Source of the DNA: Candidatus Parcubacteria bacterium
Lineage (GTDB): Bacteria; Patescibacteriota; Minisyncoccia; UBA6257; 2-01-FULL-56-20
Assembly: GCA_027355945.1 (NCBI GenBank)
Contig: DAIEHA010000004.1
Coordinates: 4,449-68,448 of the forward strand
DNA length: 64,000 nucleotides
Direction: 5' to 3'
In this document: positions 1 through 8,040 of the stretch, in pieces
Position numbering within the stretch: the first letter of the stretch is position 1
How the letters are laid out: every line of letters starts with the position of its first letter
Notes under the pieces: model-generated
Database searches by the model: none
Told to the model about the DNA's origin: nothing
The model's input: the letters and a program-made list of their open reading frames with translations, nothing else
Position numbers and translations under genes: made by a program

Positions 1-1
1 G

Positions 2-136
2 GCGCTCATGCCGATCACGCTCATCGTGTTCGGGGCCTTTCCCGCAGTGGAGGCCCAGACGCGTCTCGCGCTCGGGGGGAAATACCGGCTGGGATTCTGG
101 GTCACGCCCAAGTCGAGGAAGGAGAAGGAGCGGTAA
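2..136 (+). CDS. 3' fragment of an upstream gene, hypothetical; the window starts inside it
   Basis: Open frame from the window edge to TAA at 134-136 (…[42 protein letters not shown]); too short to classify. Confidence 0.25.
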   Translation, partial: ALMPITLIVFGAFPAVEAQTRLALGGKYRLGFWVTPKSRKEKER

Positions 137-198
137 TCGTCCCGGTGCTGCGCATCCCGAGGGAGGGGTTCTTTTGCGATCCGTCCTCCCCAATCTGG

Positions 199-204
199 TA
201 TAAT
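199..204 (+). promoter_or_regulatory. -10-like TATAAT box upstream of pilin-like gene
   Basis: tataat at 199-204, 12 nt before ATG 217. Confidence 0.3.
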
Positions 205-216
205 GAAACAACGATC

Positions 217-1008
217 ATGCCAAGGCATCGCTCCGGCTATACGCTCATTGAATTGCTCCTCTTCGTCGCCATCTCTGCGATCGCCGCGGTGGCGTTCGTG
301 GGCATCCTCATCGTCACGGTGCGCCTCCAGGTGACGCAGACCTCTTCCGCCGAGGTGCAGACGGAAAGCACCGCGCTCCTTCAGCAGGTGCAGTATTATG
401 TGCAGCATGCGGCGCTCGTGAACATCCCGATGGATACGCCGACGAGCACGCTTCTTCTTCGCATGGGTACGGGATCGATCGATCCCACCGTCGTCTCGCT
501 TACGAATGGGATTGTCTATGTTCAGCAGGGGAGCGGGTCGCCGCAGCCGCTTACCTCGAGCCGCGTCGTTATCTCGAACCTCCAGTTCACGCGCCATGCG
601 AACCCTCCTGCGCACGACAGCGTGGGCATCACCTTCACTGCGACGACGAACACGACCGACGTCCGCCAGCTTTTCTCCCAGGCGTTCGAGACCACGGTGA
701 CCCAGGTCTCGGCGGCCACGTTCGATTCCAATATCGTGCCGTCATCGTCGAACATCTACAGCATCGGCGCTGCGGGAAGCGTATGGAACAACATCAACAA
801 CGTCATCTATTTCAACGGATCGAACGTCGGGGTGGGGACCGCGTCCGCGCTCGCACCGTTCGAGGTGCAGGGGAACGATATTTTCGTCTACAATCCTTCC
901 GGCGCCTCCTATGTGACGCTCCGCGATCCGAGCGGGGGATGCTGGCGGCTCGCGGTGAACGCGAGCGGTACCCTGAGCACCGCGTCGGTCAGTTGTTCGA
1001 CTCCGTAG
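217..1008 (+). CDS. Type IV pilin-like protein (prepilin-type N-terminal cleavage/methylation domain)
   Basis: ORF track 145..1008 trimmed to internal ATG 217. N-terminus MPRHRSG|YTLIELLLFVAISAIAAVAF is a class III signal peptide (G, then hydrophobic helix with E at +5). Confidence 0.75.
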   Translation: MPRHRSGYTLIELLLFVAISAIAAVAFVGILIVTVRLQVTQTSSAEVQTESTALLQQVQYYVQHAALVNIPMDTPTSTLLLRMGTGSIDPTVVSLTNGIVYVQQGSGSPQPLTSSRVVISNLQFTRHANPPAHDSVGITFTATTNTTDVRQLFSQAFETTVTQVSAATFDSNIVPSSSNIYSIGAAGSVWNNINNVIYFNGSNVGVGTASALAPFEVQGNDIFVYNPSGASYVTLRDPSGGCWRLAVNASGTLSTASVSCSTP

Positions 1009-1072
1009 GCATTTCGATACTTATCCACACGATACGCCCCGTACCATCGCCACGAATTGCTATAATGAATGC

Positions 1073-1651
1073 ATGAGCAAACCTACGCTTGTTTGGATAG
1101 GGGCGGCCGTCGTCGTGATCGTGGCGGGAACGGTCGTGTATTATTCCCTCACGGGATCTTCCGTCCCGGGAAATGCAGGCGGTCCTTCCGCGGCAACCCA
1201 GGCATCCTCCTCCGGATCCGGAGCGTCATCGTCGTTCCCATCGAGCACCACGGCAAAACAGCTTCCTTCGGGAGGCGCGGGGATCGCGGTCCCTTCCTTG
1301 AATGCAACGAACGTCCCCGCGGGCGTCGCAGCTCCCACGGTCGTAGCCTCAGGAAGCCCCTCGGGCCTTACGAGCTTCCGCTCGTTCAACATCACGGAGA
1401 CCGCATCGGCGTTCACGCCCGACACGATCATCGTGAATGAGGGCGATACCGTGCACATCAACATCACTGCGAAAGGGGGATCGTATGATTTCACGCAGCC
1501 TGATATGGGCCTCAGCCTTTCCCTTTCGTCCGGACAGACCAAACTGGTCCAGTTCGATGCGAACACTGTCGGGAAATTCCAGTTCTATTGCAAATCCTGC
1601 GGCGGACCCACGAATGGCCCCACGGGATATATAGAGGTCGTTTCAAAATAA
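1073..1651 (+). CDS. Secreted or membrane-anchored protein with a C-terminal cupredoxin-like domain; Cu ligands apparently absent
   Basis: N-terminal TM MSKPTLVWIGAAVVVIVAG. S/G-rich linker. C-terminus GDTVHINITAKGG…GKFQFYCKSCGG resembles the cupredoxin fold pattern but I see no His/Met ligand set. TATAAT at 1061-1066, 6 nt before the ATG. Confidence 0.6.
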   Translation: MSKPTLVWIGAAVVVIVAGTVVYYSLTGSSVPGNAGGPSAATQASSSGSGASSSFPSSTTAKQLPSGGAGIAVPSLNATNVPAGVAAPTVVASGSPSGLTSFRSFNITETASAFTPDTIIVNEGDTVHINITAKGGSYDFTQPDMGLSLSLSSGQTKLVQFDANTVGKFQFYCKSCGGPTNGPTGYIEVVSK

Positions 1652-1676
1652 TAAACCATCATCACTTATCATCGTC

Positions 1677-2177
1677 ATGGAAATAAAGATTTCTGGGAAA
1701 AAAATATTCTGGGGTCTCGTCATCGTCATCATCGTGCTGGCTGCTGCCGCATGGGTATGGGTCGCGATCGAGGCGATGAACAGTCCTGAAGGACCGTCCC
1801 CCTATTCCGCGGTCTATCTGACGAGCGGTGATATCTACTTCGGCAGGCTCTCATGGTTCCCGCAGCCCCATATGACGGACGTGTGGTACCTTAATCGTAC
1901 GGTTGGGACGAACGGCCAATCGCAGGTCTCCGTAGTGCCGCTCAAGACGGCATTCTGGGGCCCCGTGAATGGGATCACCCTCAATCCCCAGCAGGTGCTC
2001 TTTTGGACGAGCCTCAGTAATTCGAGTCAGCTCGTGAAGGATATGGAGAACCCCTCGCTCCTCCAGCAGCAGCAGGCGCAATCGCCGTCATCGTTCCCCG
2101 GCGCCTCTTCCACATCCACCGCACCATCCGTTTCCGCAGTCCCTTCCGCATCTTCCAGCCTGCCCTCCGGGCACTAA
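1677..2177 (+). CDS. Membrane-anchored hypothetical protein
   Basis: ATG 1677; N-terminal TM GLVIVIIVLAAAAWVWVAI; Q/S-rich C-terminus; 26 nt after the previous gene. Confidence 0.55.
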   Translation: MEIKISGKKIFWGLVIVIIVLAAAAWVWVAIEAMNSPEGPSPYSAVYLTSGDIYFGRLSWFPQPHMTDVWYLNRTVGTNGQSQVSVVPLKTAFWGPVNGITLNPQQVLFWTSLSNSSQLVKDMENPSLLQQQQAQSPSSFPGASSTSTAPSVSAVPSASSSLPSGH

Positions 2178-2195
2178 TAACGTCTTCGCGCCGCG

Positions 2196-2798
2196 ATGAA
2201 GGGTCAGTCACTCATGGACATCCTCGTGGGGACCGCCATAGGCGTGATCTTCATCTTTGCGGCGGTCGCCGCGATCGGTCCTGCGCTTCAGAGCGGTTCC
2301 CAGGCGGCCCGTACGCAGACGGCATCCCTTCTTGCACAAGGCCTCCTCAATAATGCCCAGACGTGGGCAAGCGGAGATTGGCATCGTATCCTCGCCCTTT
2401 CGACGGGAACGGCCTACCAGTATTTCCTCATCACGTCATCCTCCCCGTACGTGGCGACCTCCGGCATCGATAACGTCACGGTCGGTACGAGCACCTACTG
2501 GCGCTATTTCTCCGTGCTGGACGTGCAGCGCGACGCATACGGTAATGTCGTGTCGAGCGGAGGCACCTACGATCCCTCCACCAAAGAGGTGACCGTGAAT
2601 TACGGTTGGAAGGGGAGCACGACGAGTACCGCATCCGAGTATCTGACCCGCAACCAGCAGCAGATCTACAGCCAGATCGATTGGACGGGAGGCCCTTCGA
2701 GCACCGGCGGTGCCGTATCCACCACGAACTTCCAATTCGTGTCCTCCTCGAACATCAATTACGCATCCCCAGGTTCGATACAGATAAATACCCTTTAG
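2196..2798 (+). CDS. Pilin-like protein with a degenerate prepilin-type N-terminus
   Basis: MKGQSLMDILVGTAIGVIFIFAAVAAI: G followed by a hydrophobic helix, with D rather than E at +5; body is S/T-rich. Confidence 0.55.
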   Translation: MKGQSLMDILVGTAIGVIFIFAAVAAIGPALQSGSQAARTQTASLLAQGLLNNAQTWASGDWHRILALSTGTAYQYFLITSSSPYVATSGIDNVTVGTSTYWRYFSVLDVQRDAYGNVVSSGGTYDPSTKEVTVNYGWKGSTTSTASEYLTRNQQQIYSQIDWTGGPSSTGGAVSTTNFQFVSSSNINYASPGSIQINTL

Positions 2799-2814
2799 GT
2801 GCTATACTGAAAGC

Positions 2815-3726
2815 ATGGTACGACGCATCGTGCGGCACCGTTATTTCGTCCCCGGTCTTTGCGTTGTCGCGACCGCGATCTTCGCAGGCATCATCGCGGC
2901 GACATTCGTTCTCGTGCGTGCGCCCCGTAATATCGCGCTTGCATCCACGAACGTGAGTTCCGGAGGGAATTCCCATTGGGCCTGGAACGATGCGATCGGA
3001 TGGATCGATTTCTACGCGCCGGGAACGGTGGAGGTGAACGGGACGGGACTCACGGGATACGCAAGCTCGTCCATCGGCCCCATCTCCTTCGATTGCGCCA
3101 CCTCTCCCTCGGGCAACATCTGTGCCACCTCGAACTATACGGTGGCGAACGACGGTGCAGGCAATCTTTCCGGCTGGGGTTGGAACGACGCCGTTGGGTG
3201 GGTCAGTTTCTGCGGCGGCAAAAGCACCGCGACATGCCCCGGTACGGTTTCCTATCAGGTCACCGTCGATGCAAACGGCGATTTCCATGGCTGGGCCTGG
3301 AACGATGCCGTCGGGTGGATCGATTTCAATTGTGCGAATAACAGCACCTGCTCCACGTCGAATTTCTATGTGGCCTCCGCGTGGGTCGCCACGGGCACCG
3401 TGGGTTCGCTCCAGTCGATCACCTATGATACGAGCGATGTGCAAGGAGCCCAGCTTGATTCCGTGACGTGGCAGGGGACGCAGCCGTCCGGGACCTCGGT
3501 CGAGTTCCAGTTCGCGGTGAGCAATTCATCGAGCGGCCCGTGGAGCTTCACCGGACCCGATGGTACCGCGAACACCTATTACGTTCCTGCCGGTCCGGGC
3601 GTCGTGACGCCGCTCAACTACGGCCTCTATACCGACTATCGTTATTTCCGCTATCTTGTGACGCTTGTTTCCACGCCCACATCGACCCCGGTGGTCACCA
3701 ACGTCACCGTGGCATGGAGTCCGTAG
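2815..3726 (+). CDS. Secreted repeat protein (three W-A/G-W-N-D-A-I/V-G-W-I/V-D/S-F repeats) with a C-terminal module shared with the 582-aa pseudopilin
   Basis: N-terminal TM; repeats HWAWNDAIGWIDF / GWGWNDAVGWVSF / GWAWNDAVGWIDF. C-terminus …SVTWQGTQPSGTSVEFQFA…WSFTGPDGTANTYY…YRYFRYLVT… aligns with the C-terminus of ORF 53978..55726. Confidence 0.65.
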   Translation: MVRRIVRHRYFVPGLCVVATAIFAGIIAATFVLVRAPRNIALASTNVSSGGNSHWAWNDAIGWIDFYAPGTVEVNGTGLTGYASSSIGPISFDCATSPSGNICATSNYTVANDGAGNLSGWGWNDAVGWVSFCGGKSTATCPGTVSYQVTVDANGDFHGWAWNDAVGWIDFNCANNSTCSTSNFYVASAWVATGTVGSLQSITYDTSDVQGAQLDSVTWQGTQPSGTSVEFQFAVSNSSSGPWSFTGPDGTANTYYVPAGPGVVTPLNYGLYTDYRYFRYLVTLVSTPTSTPVVTNVTVAWSP

Positions 3727-3796
3727 CATCGGAGCTTCGTTTTCTCCCTTATTATCCCCATATCGTCGCGTTCTAATGTGCTACACTGATTAATAC

Positions 3797-6523
3797 ATGG
3801 ACCGGCATCACCCATCACTTCGTCTTCCGCGCACCGTCACGTTCGCCGTGGCGCTTCTCGGCGCTTTTGCCGCAGCCCTTTTCGCGATCCATATCGTGGC
3901 CGCATTCACCGGCCCCACCCAGGCGCCTCCCTCGGGGAACGGCGTCATCAGCGTGAGCGGCACGAACGTCGGGGTGGCGGGCAACGTCACCGTGGGCACC
4001 AGCGGTTCCGATTACGGCGTGGAGATTCTTCCCAACGTTTCCGGAAATTCGATATTCTGGCTCGACGACTATAATAACACCCTTCGCTTTTCGAACGGGA
4101 CTACGCCGGGTGCATATCCCATGACCTATTCGAACGGCGGCAATCTTGCTGTGCCGGGCACCATCAGCGGTTCCTATACCGGGACCATGAGCGCCGGGAA
4201 CCTTTCTGCCGGAAGCTTCGGTGCGAACACCGGGGGAGGGAACTACAGTTTTCCTGCGAACGTCGGCATCGGGGTAGCGGGGCCGACACAGGCGCTTGAG
4301 GTCAACGGAGCGATCCAAGCCGATAATGGGAATTCCCTTTCAGCTACATCCGGCAACACAACCGGATCGGGAGGGTATTCTTCGGTGATCATAAACTCGA
4401 CCGGGAATAATACGAACTCCGGCTATGTGAAGATCCAGGCTTTTTATGCGGGGATCGGTTATACGACACCACTAGCGTTGCAGCCATCCGGCGGCAACGT
4501 CGGCATCGGCACCGCCACTCCCGGCAACACCCTCACCGTCGCGGGCAAGATCCAGTCCACGTCCGGAGGCGTCGTCTTCCCTGACGGCACCGTGCAGACG
4601 ACCGCCGCAAGCGCGAGCGGACAGACGACCTCCGCCGCGAACGTCTCCTCGGGAAGCTTCGGTGCGAACACCGGGGGAGGGAACTATACGTTCCCGGGAA
4701 GCATCACGGTGGGACCTTCGGCGAATTACCTCAACACGAACGGTTCATTGATTTGCTTTTCAAGCGCAGGGACCTGTGCTTCGGGGGTGGCGAGCCCTTC
4801 CATCGTGGAGGACTGGGGGGTGAACCTTGTCGGGAATGGAGGAACGCAGCCGGTGCGCGTCACGGATGCCGCACTGCTTGTCGGATACGGCAATTTCAGC
4901 ACAAGCTATCCTGCGGGAAACTTGCTCGTTTCCGGTAACGTCGGTATTGGGACGGTGTCGCCGGGGGATTCACTTGATGTCAGCGGCCAGGTGGTGTTCG
5001 GCGCCTCGGTGGCGCGTCTGTCGATAGGATCGGATTCGATCGGGTTCAACAGACGGGTTGCCACCGGCGCGATTTATTCTTCGGGTGAATATGCCTATCA
5101 GTTCGAGCATAACGGCAACGCCGTACAAGGTTCGGACAACCTTGCCATCCAGGTATACAATCCGAGCGGCGGGAACATCACCTCGAATGCATTGGCAGTG
5201 AACGGCTACGGAGATGTTGGCGTCAACACCGCAACGCCGGTCACGGCATTGAGCGTCGCAGGAGCCATCACGATCAATGAGGGGACGACGTTCGGCGGCG
5301 TGAATGGCTACAGTTTCATCGGAGACGGAGGTTATGATACCGGCATGTTTTCGCCATCCGACGGCATCGTTGATTTCTACAACAACACCATACATTCCAT
5401 CGACATTACGCCAAGTGCCATGACGGTCTATCAGCCTACGACGTTCACTCAGTCTGCGACGTTCTCGGGAAACGCCAATGTATCCGGCATTCTTTATGTG
5501 TCGACGCCGGGAGGGATGTGGCTGTCGGGTATGAATGGTACGAACGGGATCGATGCCGCAACCCCTCAAAGTGCAAGTTCATATACCCCGATCCTTCGCC
5601 AGACGACCGCAAGCGGGAACGTCGTGGCATTGGGAGGACTCGGTGATGGGTTCGGATTCCTTACTTATAATTCCGGGAGGACGGCGAATGGATATGATTA
5701 TGCCCCGCTTTATTTCACTACGAACAACGGCGAAGTCGGCATTGATACGACCGCGCCGGGCTATACGCTCGATGTCAGCGGAACGGGGAGATTCACCAGC
5801 ACATTGTACGCGAACGGCGGAGTCGCCCTTAGTCCCAATGCCGAGCTTGATTATTGGGGAGGGGGTACGCCGTATCGCACGTGGATGGATAACAACAGCA
5901 CCTATTTTTATGGTGCCGTCCAGGATTACGCCCAGCATTTCACCATGGACGCCGAGGATCTCGGCCGCGGATGGACATGGGGCGCGTTCGGCGCTGCTCC
6001 GGGTGCGTCATTGGACGTGAACGGCAATCTGACGTTGCGGGGCGGCCTTACTGCGGGCGGCAATCTCTCCGTCGGTGCGAACAAGATCACTGCCGGCACC
6101 ATTGACCCGATTTACACCATCAGTGGCACGAACTATGCCACCTACGTCCCGGGCATGACGGGGCAGAAAGAGGAGACTGCGGGAACCCTTACGCTTGCGC
6201 GGCAATCCGATGGGACCTACGCGGCGCCGATCGATCTTGGATCCGCGACGAAAGGAAGCGATCTCTGGCTCTTCGCCCAGGCGACGGATATGAAGGCTCC
6301 CGGTGCGATAGACGGCCTCATTGTGGCCCTCACGCCCGGGTTCGACGGCAGGGTATGGTATACGAAAGATGCGGCTGCGGAAACGTTCACGATCCACGGG
6401 ACTGCGGCGGGAGAGGTTTCCTACAGCCTCACTGCACCCCGCTTCGATGCCGCGCAATGGACCAACCTCGCACCATCCCAGGATGCGGGCGCGAAGGGAT
6501 TCGTGATCGGCGCGGGCAACTAA
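3797..6523 (+). CDS. Large (908 aa) fibre-like surface protein with many G-I/V-G-T-x-x-P-x-x-x-L-x-V-x-G repeats
   Basis: N-terminal TM anchor; >10 degenerate repeats (VGIGTATPGNTLTVAGKIQ, VGIGTVSPGDSLDVSGQVVF, VGVNTATPVTALSVAGAITI, VGIDTTAPGYTLDVSGTGRF…) reminiscent of phage tail-fibre-type repeats; G/S/T/N-rich. Confidence 0.7.
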   Translation: MDRHHPSLRLPRTVTFAVALLGAFAAALFAIHIVAAFTGPTQAPPSGNGVISVSGTNVGVAGNVTVGTSGSDYGVEILPNVSGNSIFWLDDYNNTLRFSNGTTPGAYPMTYSNGGNLAVPGTISGSYTGTMSAGNLSAGSFGANTGGGNYSFPANVGIGVAGPTQALEVNGAIQADNGNSLSATSGNTTGSGGYSSVIINSTGNNTNSGYVKIQAFYAGIGYTTPLALQPSGGNVGIGTATPGNTLTVAGKIQSTSGGVVFPDGTVQTTAASASGQTTSAANVSSGSFGANTGGGNYTFPGSITVGPSANYLNTNGSLICFSSAGTCASGVASPSIVEDWGVNLVGNGGTQPVRVTDAALLVGYGNFSTSYPAGNLLVSGNVGIGTVSPGDSLDVSGQVVFGASVARLSIGSDSIGFNRRVATGAIYSSGEYAYQFEHNGNAVQGSDNLAIQVYNPSGGNITSNALAVNGYGDVGVNTATPVTALSVAGAITINEGTTFGGVNGYSFIGDGGYDTGMFSPSDGIVDFYNNTIHSIDITPSAMTVYQPTTFTQSATFSGNANVSGILYVSTPGGMWLSGMNGTNGIDAATPQSASSYTPILRQTTASGNVVALGGLGDGFGFLTYNSGRTANGYDYAPLYFTTNNGEVGIDTTAPGYTLDVSGTGRFTSTLYANGGVALSPNAELDYWGGGTPYRTWMDNNSTYFYGAVQDYAQHFTMDAEDLGRGWTWGAFGAAPGASLDVNGNLTLRGGLTAGGNLSVGANKITAGTIDPIYTISGTNYATYVPGMTGQKEETAGTLTLARQSDGTYAAPIDLGSATKGSDLWLFAQATDMKAPGAIDGLIVALTPGFDGRVWYTKDAAAETFTIHGTAAGEVSYSLTAPRFDAAQWTNLAPSQDAGAKGFVIGAGN

Positions 6524-6534
6524 GATTCCAATCC

Positions 6535-7956
6535 ATGAACTTCCGTCATTTCGATAAGACATCCCTTCCCATTGTCGCCGCGGCTGCGGCCGTTGCGGTG
6601 GGTATCATCGCCTTCGGCATCCATCGCGGTGCCCCTGCGACGGGAACGGTACCCGCGAAAGGGAGTGTGGCGCTCACGGCAACATCATCCGAGAATGCCG
6701 GAAGCGGCGCAGGGGTATCGGTCATTCCCAAGATCCCCCCCATGCTCACCCTTCCTGCGGGACCTGTCACGTATCAAATCGCCCAAGCGGCCACCAAACT
6801 CCCCGGATTCGTACAGGCGACGATCGATCCCCTTAAAGTAAAGGTTGGGCAGGTCCAGCATTTCACGGTCATCACGAACGATCCCAATCCCGTGGTGTCG
6901 GTGGTTGCGACGATCGTCACCGATCACAAGACCGTCACCGTGAACCTCGTCTCCCAGGGCCCCGCGCCCCTTTCCATGATCGTACCGAGGAATTTCATCG
7001 TGGGATCCGACGGTACGTTTGCGAGTGCGCCCACGGGAGTTCCCCCGTACGCCGTCGCCGGAGGCCGCGGCACACACGGGGGCAACGTGGCAGAGGCAGC
7101 GAACGCAGCCGCGCTGGAGTTCAAAGGCCAATGGACGGTGGAAGATACGCATAATGCCGAATATAAGACGACCTTCACCGCAAAGGATTCCGCGGGCAAT
7201 GTGAATTCGGTCACGCTGCAGTGGTCCGATCCGACGCCGTGCACGTTCGAAGCGGGGTCTGGCTCGGGGTATACGACCGGAAACGTGGCGGTGAGCGCAA
7301 ACTGTGATGTAGGACTTTCGGGATATTCCGCCATTGATGGGCCGGAATCGGGATCCCTCTCCTTTTCCTCGGGGGTGACGCTTCAGGTGGATGCGAACGC
7401 GACCCTCGTCATAAACAGCGGCTACAGCATACAGATGAGCGGAGGGACCATCGCCATCGGAAGCGGCAGCAAGATACTCCTTGCGACCGATATGTGCGGC
7501 ACCGATGCTGATGGGGATGGATACATGAAACAGTCGGGATGGACGGCTGCTTCCTCGTGCGCTGCGGTGTCGCTCACCTCGCGTGCGAGCATCGCGAAAC
7601 AGTACGGATTCAACGATTGCGACGACAACAATGCGAACGTCTTTCCCGGGCAGACCGCCTGGTTCACGTCCGCAACCACCGATACCGGTTCTTGGGATTA
7701 TAACTGCGACGGATCGGTCGAGGATTATTACTCTTCCACCTACCAGATCCCCGCCATCACCTGCAATGCGAACACGTGCAGCACCGGTTCCTGCGTGTCC
7801 GGATCGGGAAGTCAGAGTCTCGGGTATGTGCCGAGCTGCGGCAGCACCTTCCAGATCCTGAGCAGCTGTTCGTCGGTCAGCACGGTGAGCTGCGGCGGAT
7901 CGTATGGGGCAACCTGTCAGGGGACCTACAGTACCATGACGCAATCCTGTCATTGA
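6535..7956 (+). CDS. Secreted Ig-like protein with a cysteine-rich C-terminal region (MopE-like DCDD…CDG motif)
   Basis: ORF track 6355..7956 trimmed to ATG 6535 (MNFRHFDKTSLPIVAAAAAVAVGIIAF signal/TM), 12 nt after the previous gene. C-terminus has DMCGTDADGDGY and NDCDDNNANVFPG…DYNCDGSVE, then a Cys-rich tail with 12 Cys in its last ~85 aa. Confidence 0.65.
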   Translation: MNFRHFDKTSLPIVAAAAAVAVGIIAFGIHRGAPATGTVPAKGSVALTATSSENAGSGAGVSVIPKIPPMLTLPAGPVTYQIAQAATKLPGFVQATIDPLKVKVGQVQHFTVITNDPNPVVSVVATIVTDHKTVTVNLVSQGPAPLSMIVPRNFIVGSDGTFASAPTGVPPYAVAGGRGTHGGNVAEAANAAALEFKGQWTVEDTHNAEYKTTFTAKDSAGNVNSVTLQWSDPTPCTFEAGSGSGYTTGNVAVSANCDVGLSGYSAIDGPESGSLSFSSGVTLQVDANATLVINSGYSIQMSGGTIAIGSGSKILLATDMCGTDADGDGYMKQSGWTAASSCAAVSLTSRASIAKQYGFNDCDDNNANVFPGQTAWFTSATTDTGSWDYNCDGSVEDYYSSTYQIPAITCNANTCSTGSCVSGSGSQSLGYVPSCGSTFQILSSCSSVSTVSCGGSYGATCQGTYSTMTQSCH

Positions 7957-7991
7957 GGATGCGGGGTGTTCGCGAGGGTATGAAAAGAAAT

Positions 7992-8028
7992 GCGCCCCAG
8001 CGCGTGATGCGATGGGGCGTTTTTTTAT
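7992..8028. terminator. Bidirectional rho-independent terminator between convergent genes
   Basis: GC stem cgcccca/tggggcg with a 13-nt loop, A-run upstream and T7 downstream. Confidence 0.5.
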
Positions 8029-8040
8029 CGGTCTCCTTCC

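Noticed and set aside
6355-6534. N-terminal extension of ORF 6355..7956 overlapping the end of the 908-aa gene
   Set aside because: The extension (MVYERCGCGNVHDPRDCGG…) overlaps the preceding gene in another frame; the internal ATG 6535 yields a proper signal/TM N-terminus 12 nt after the upstream stop
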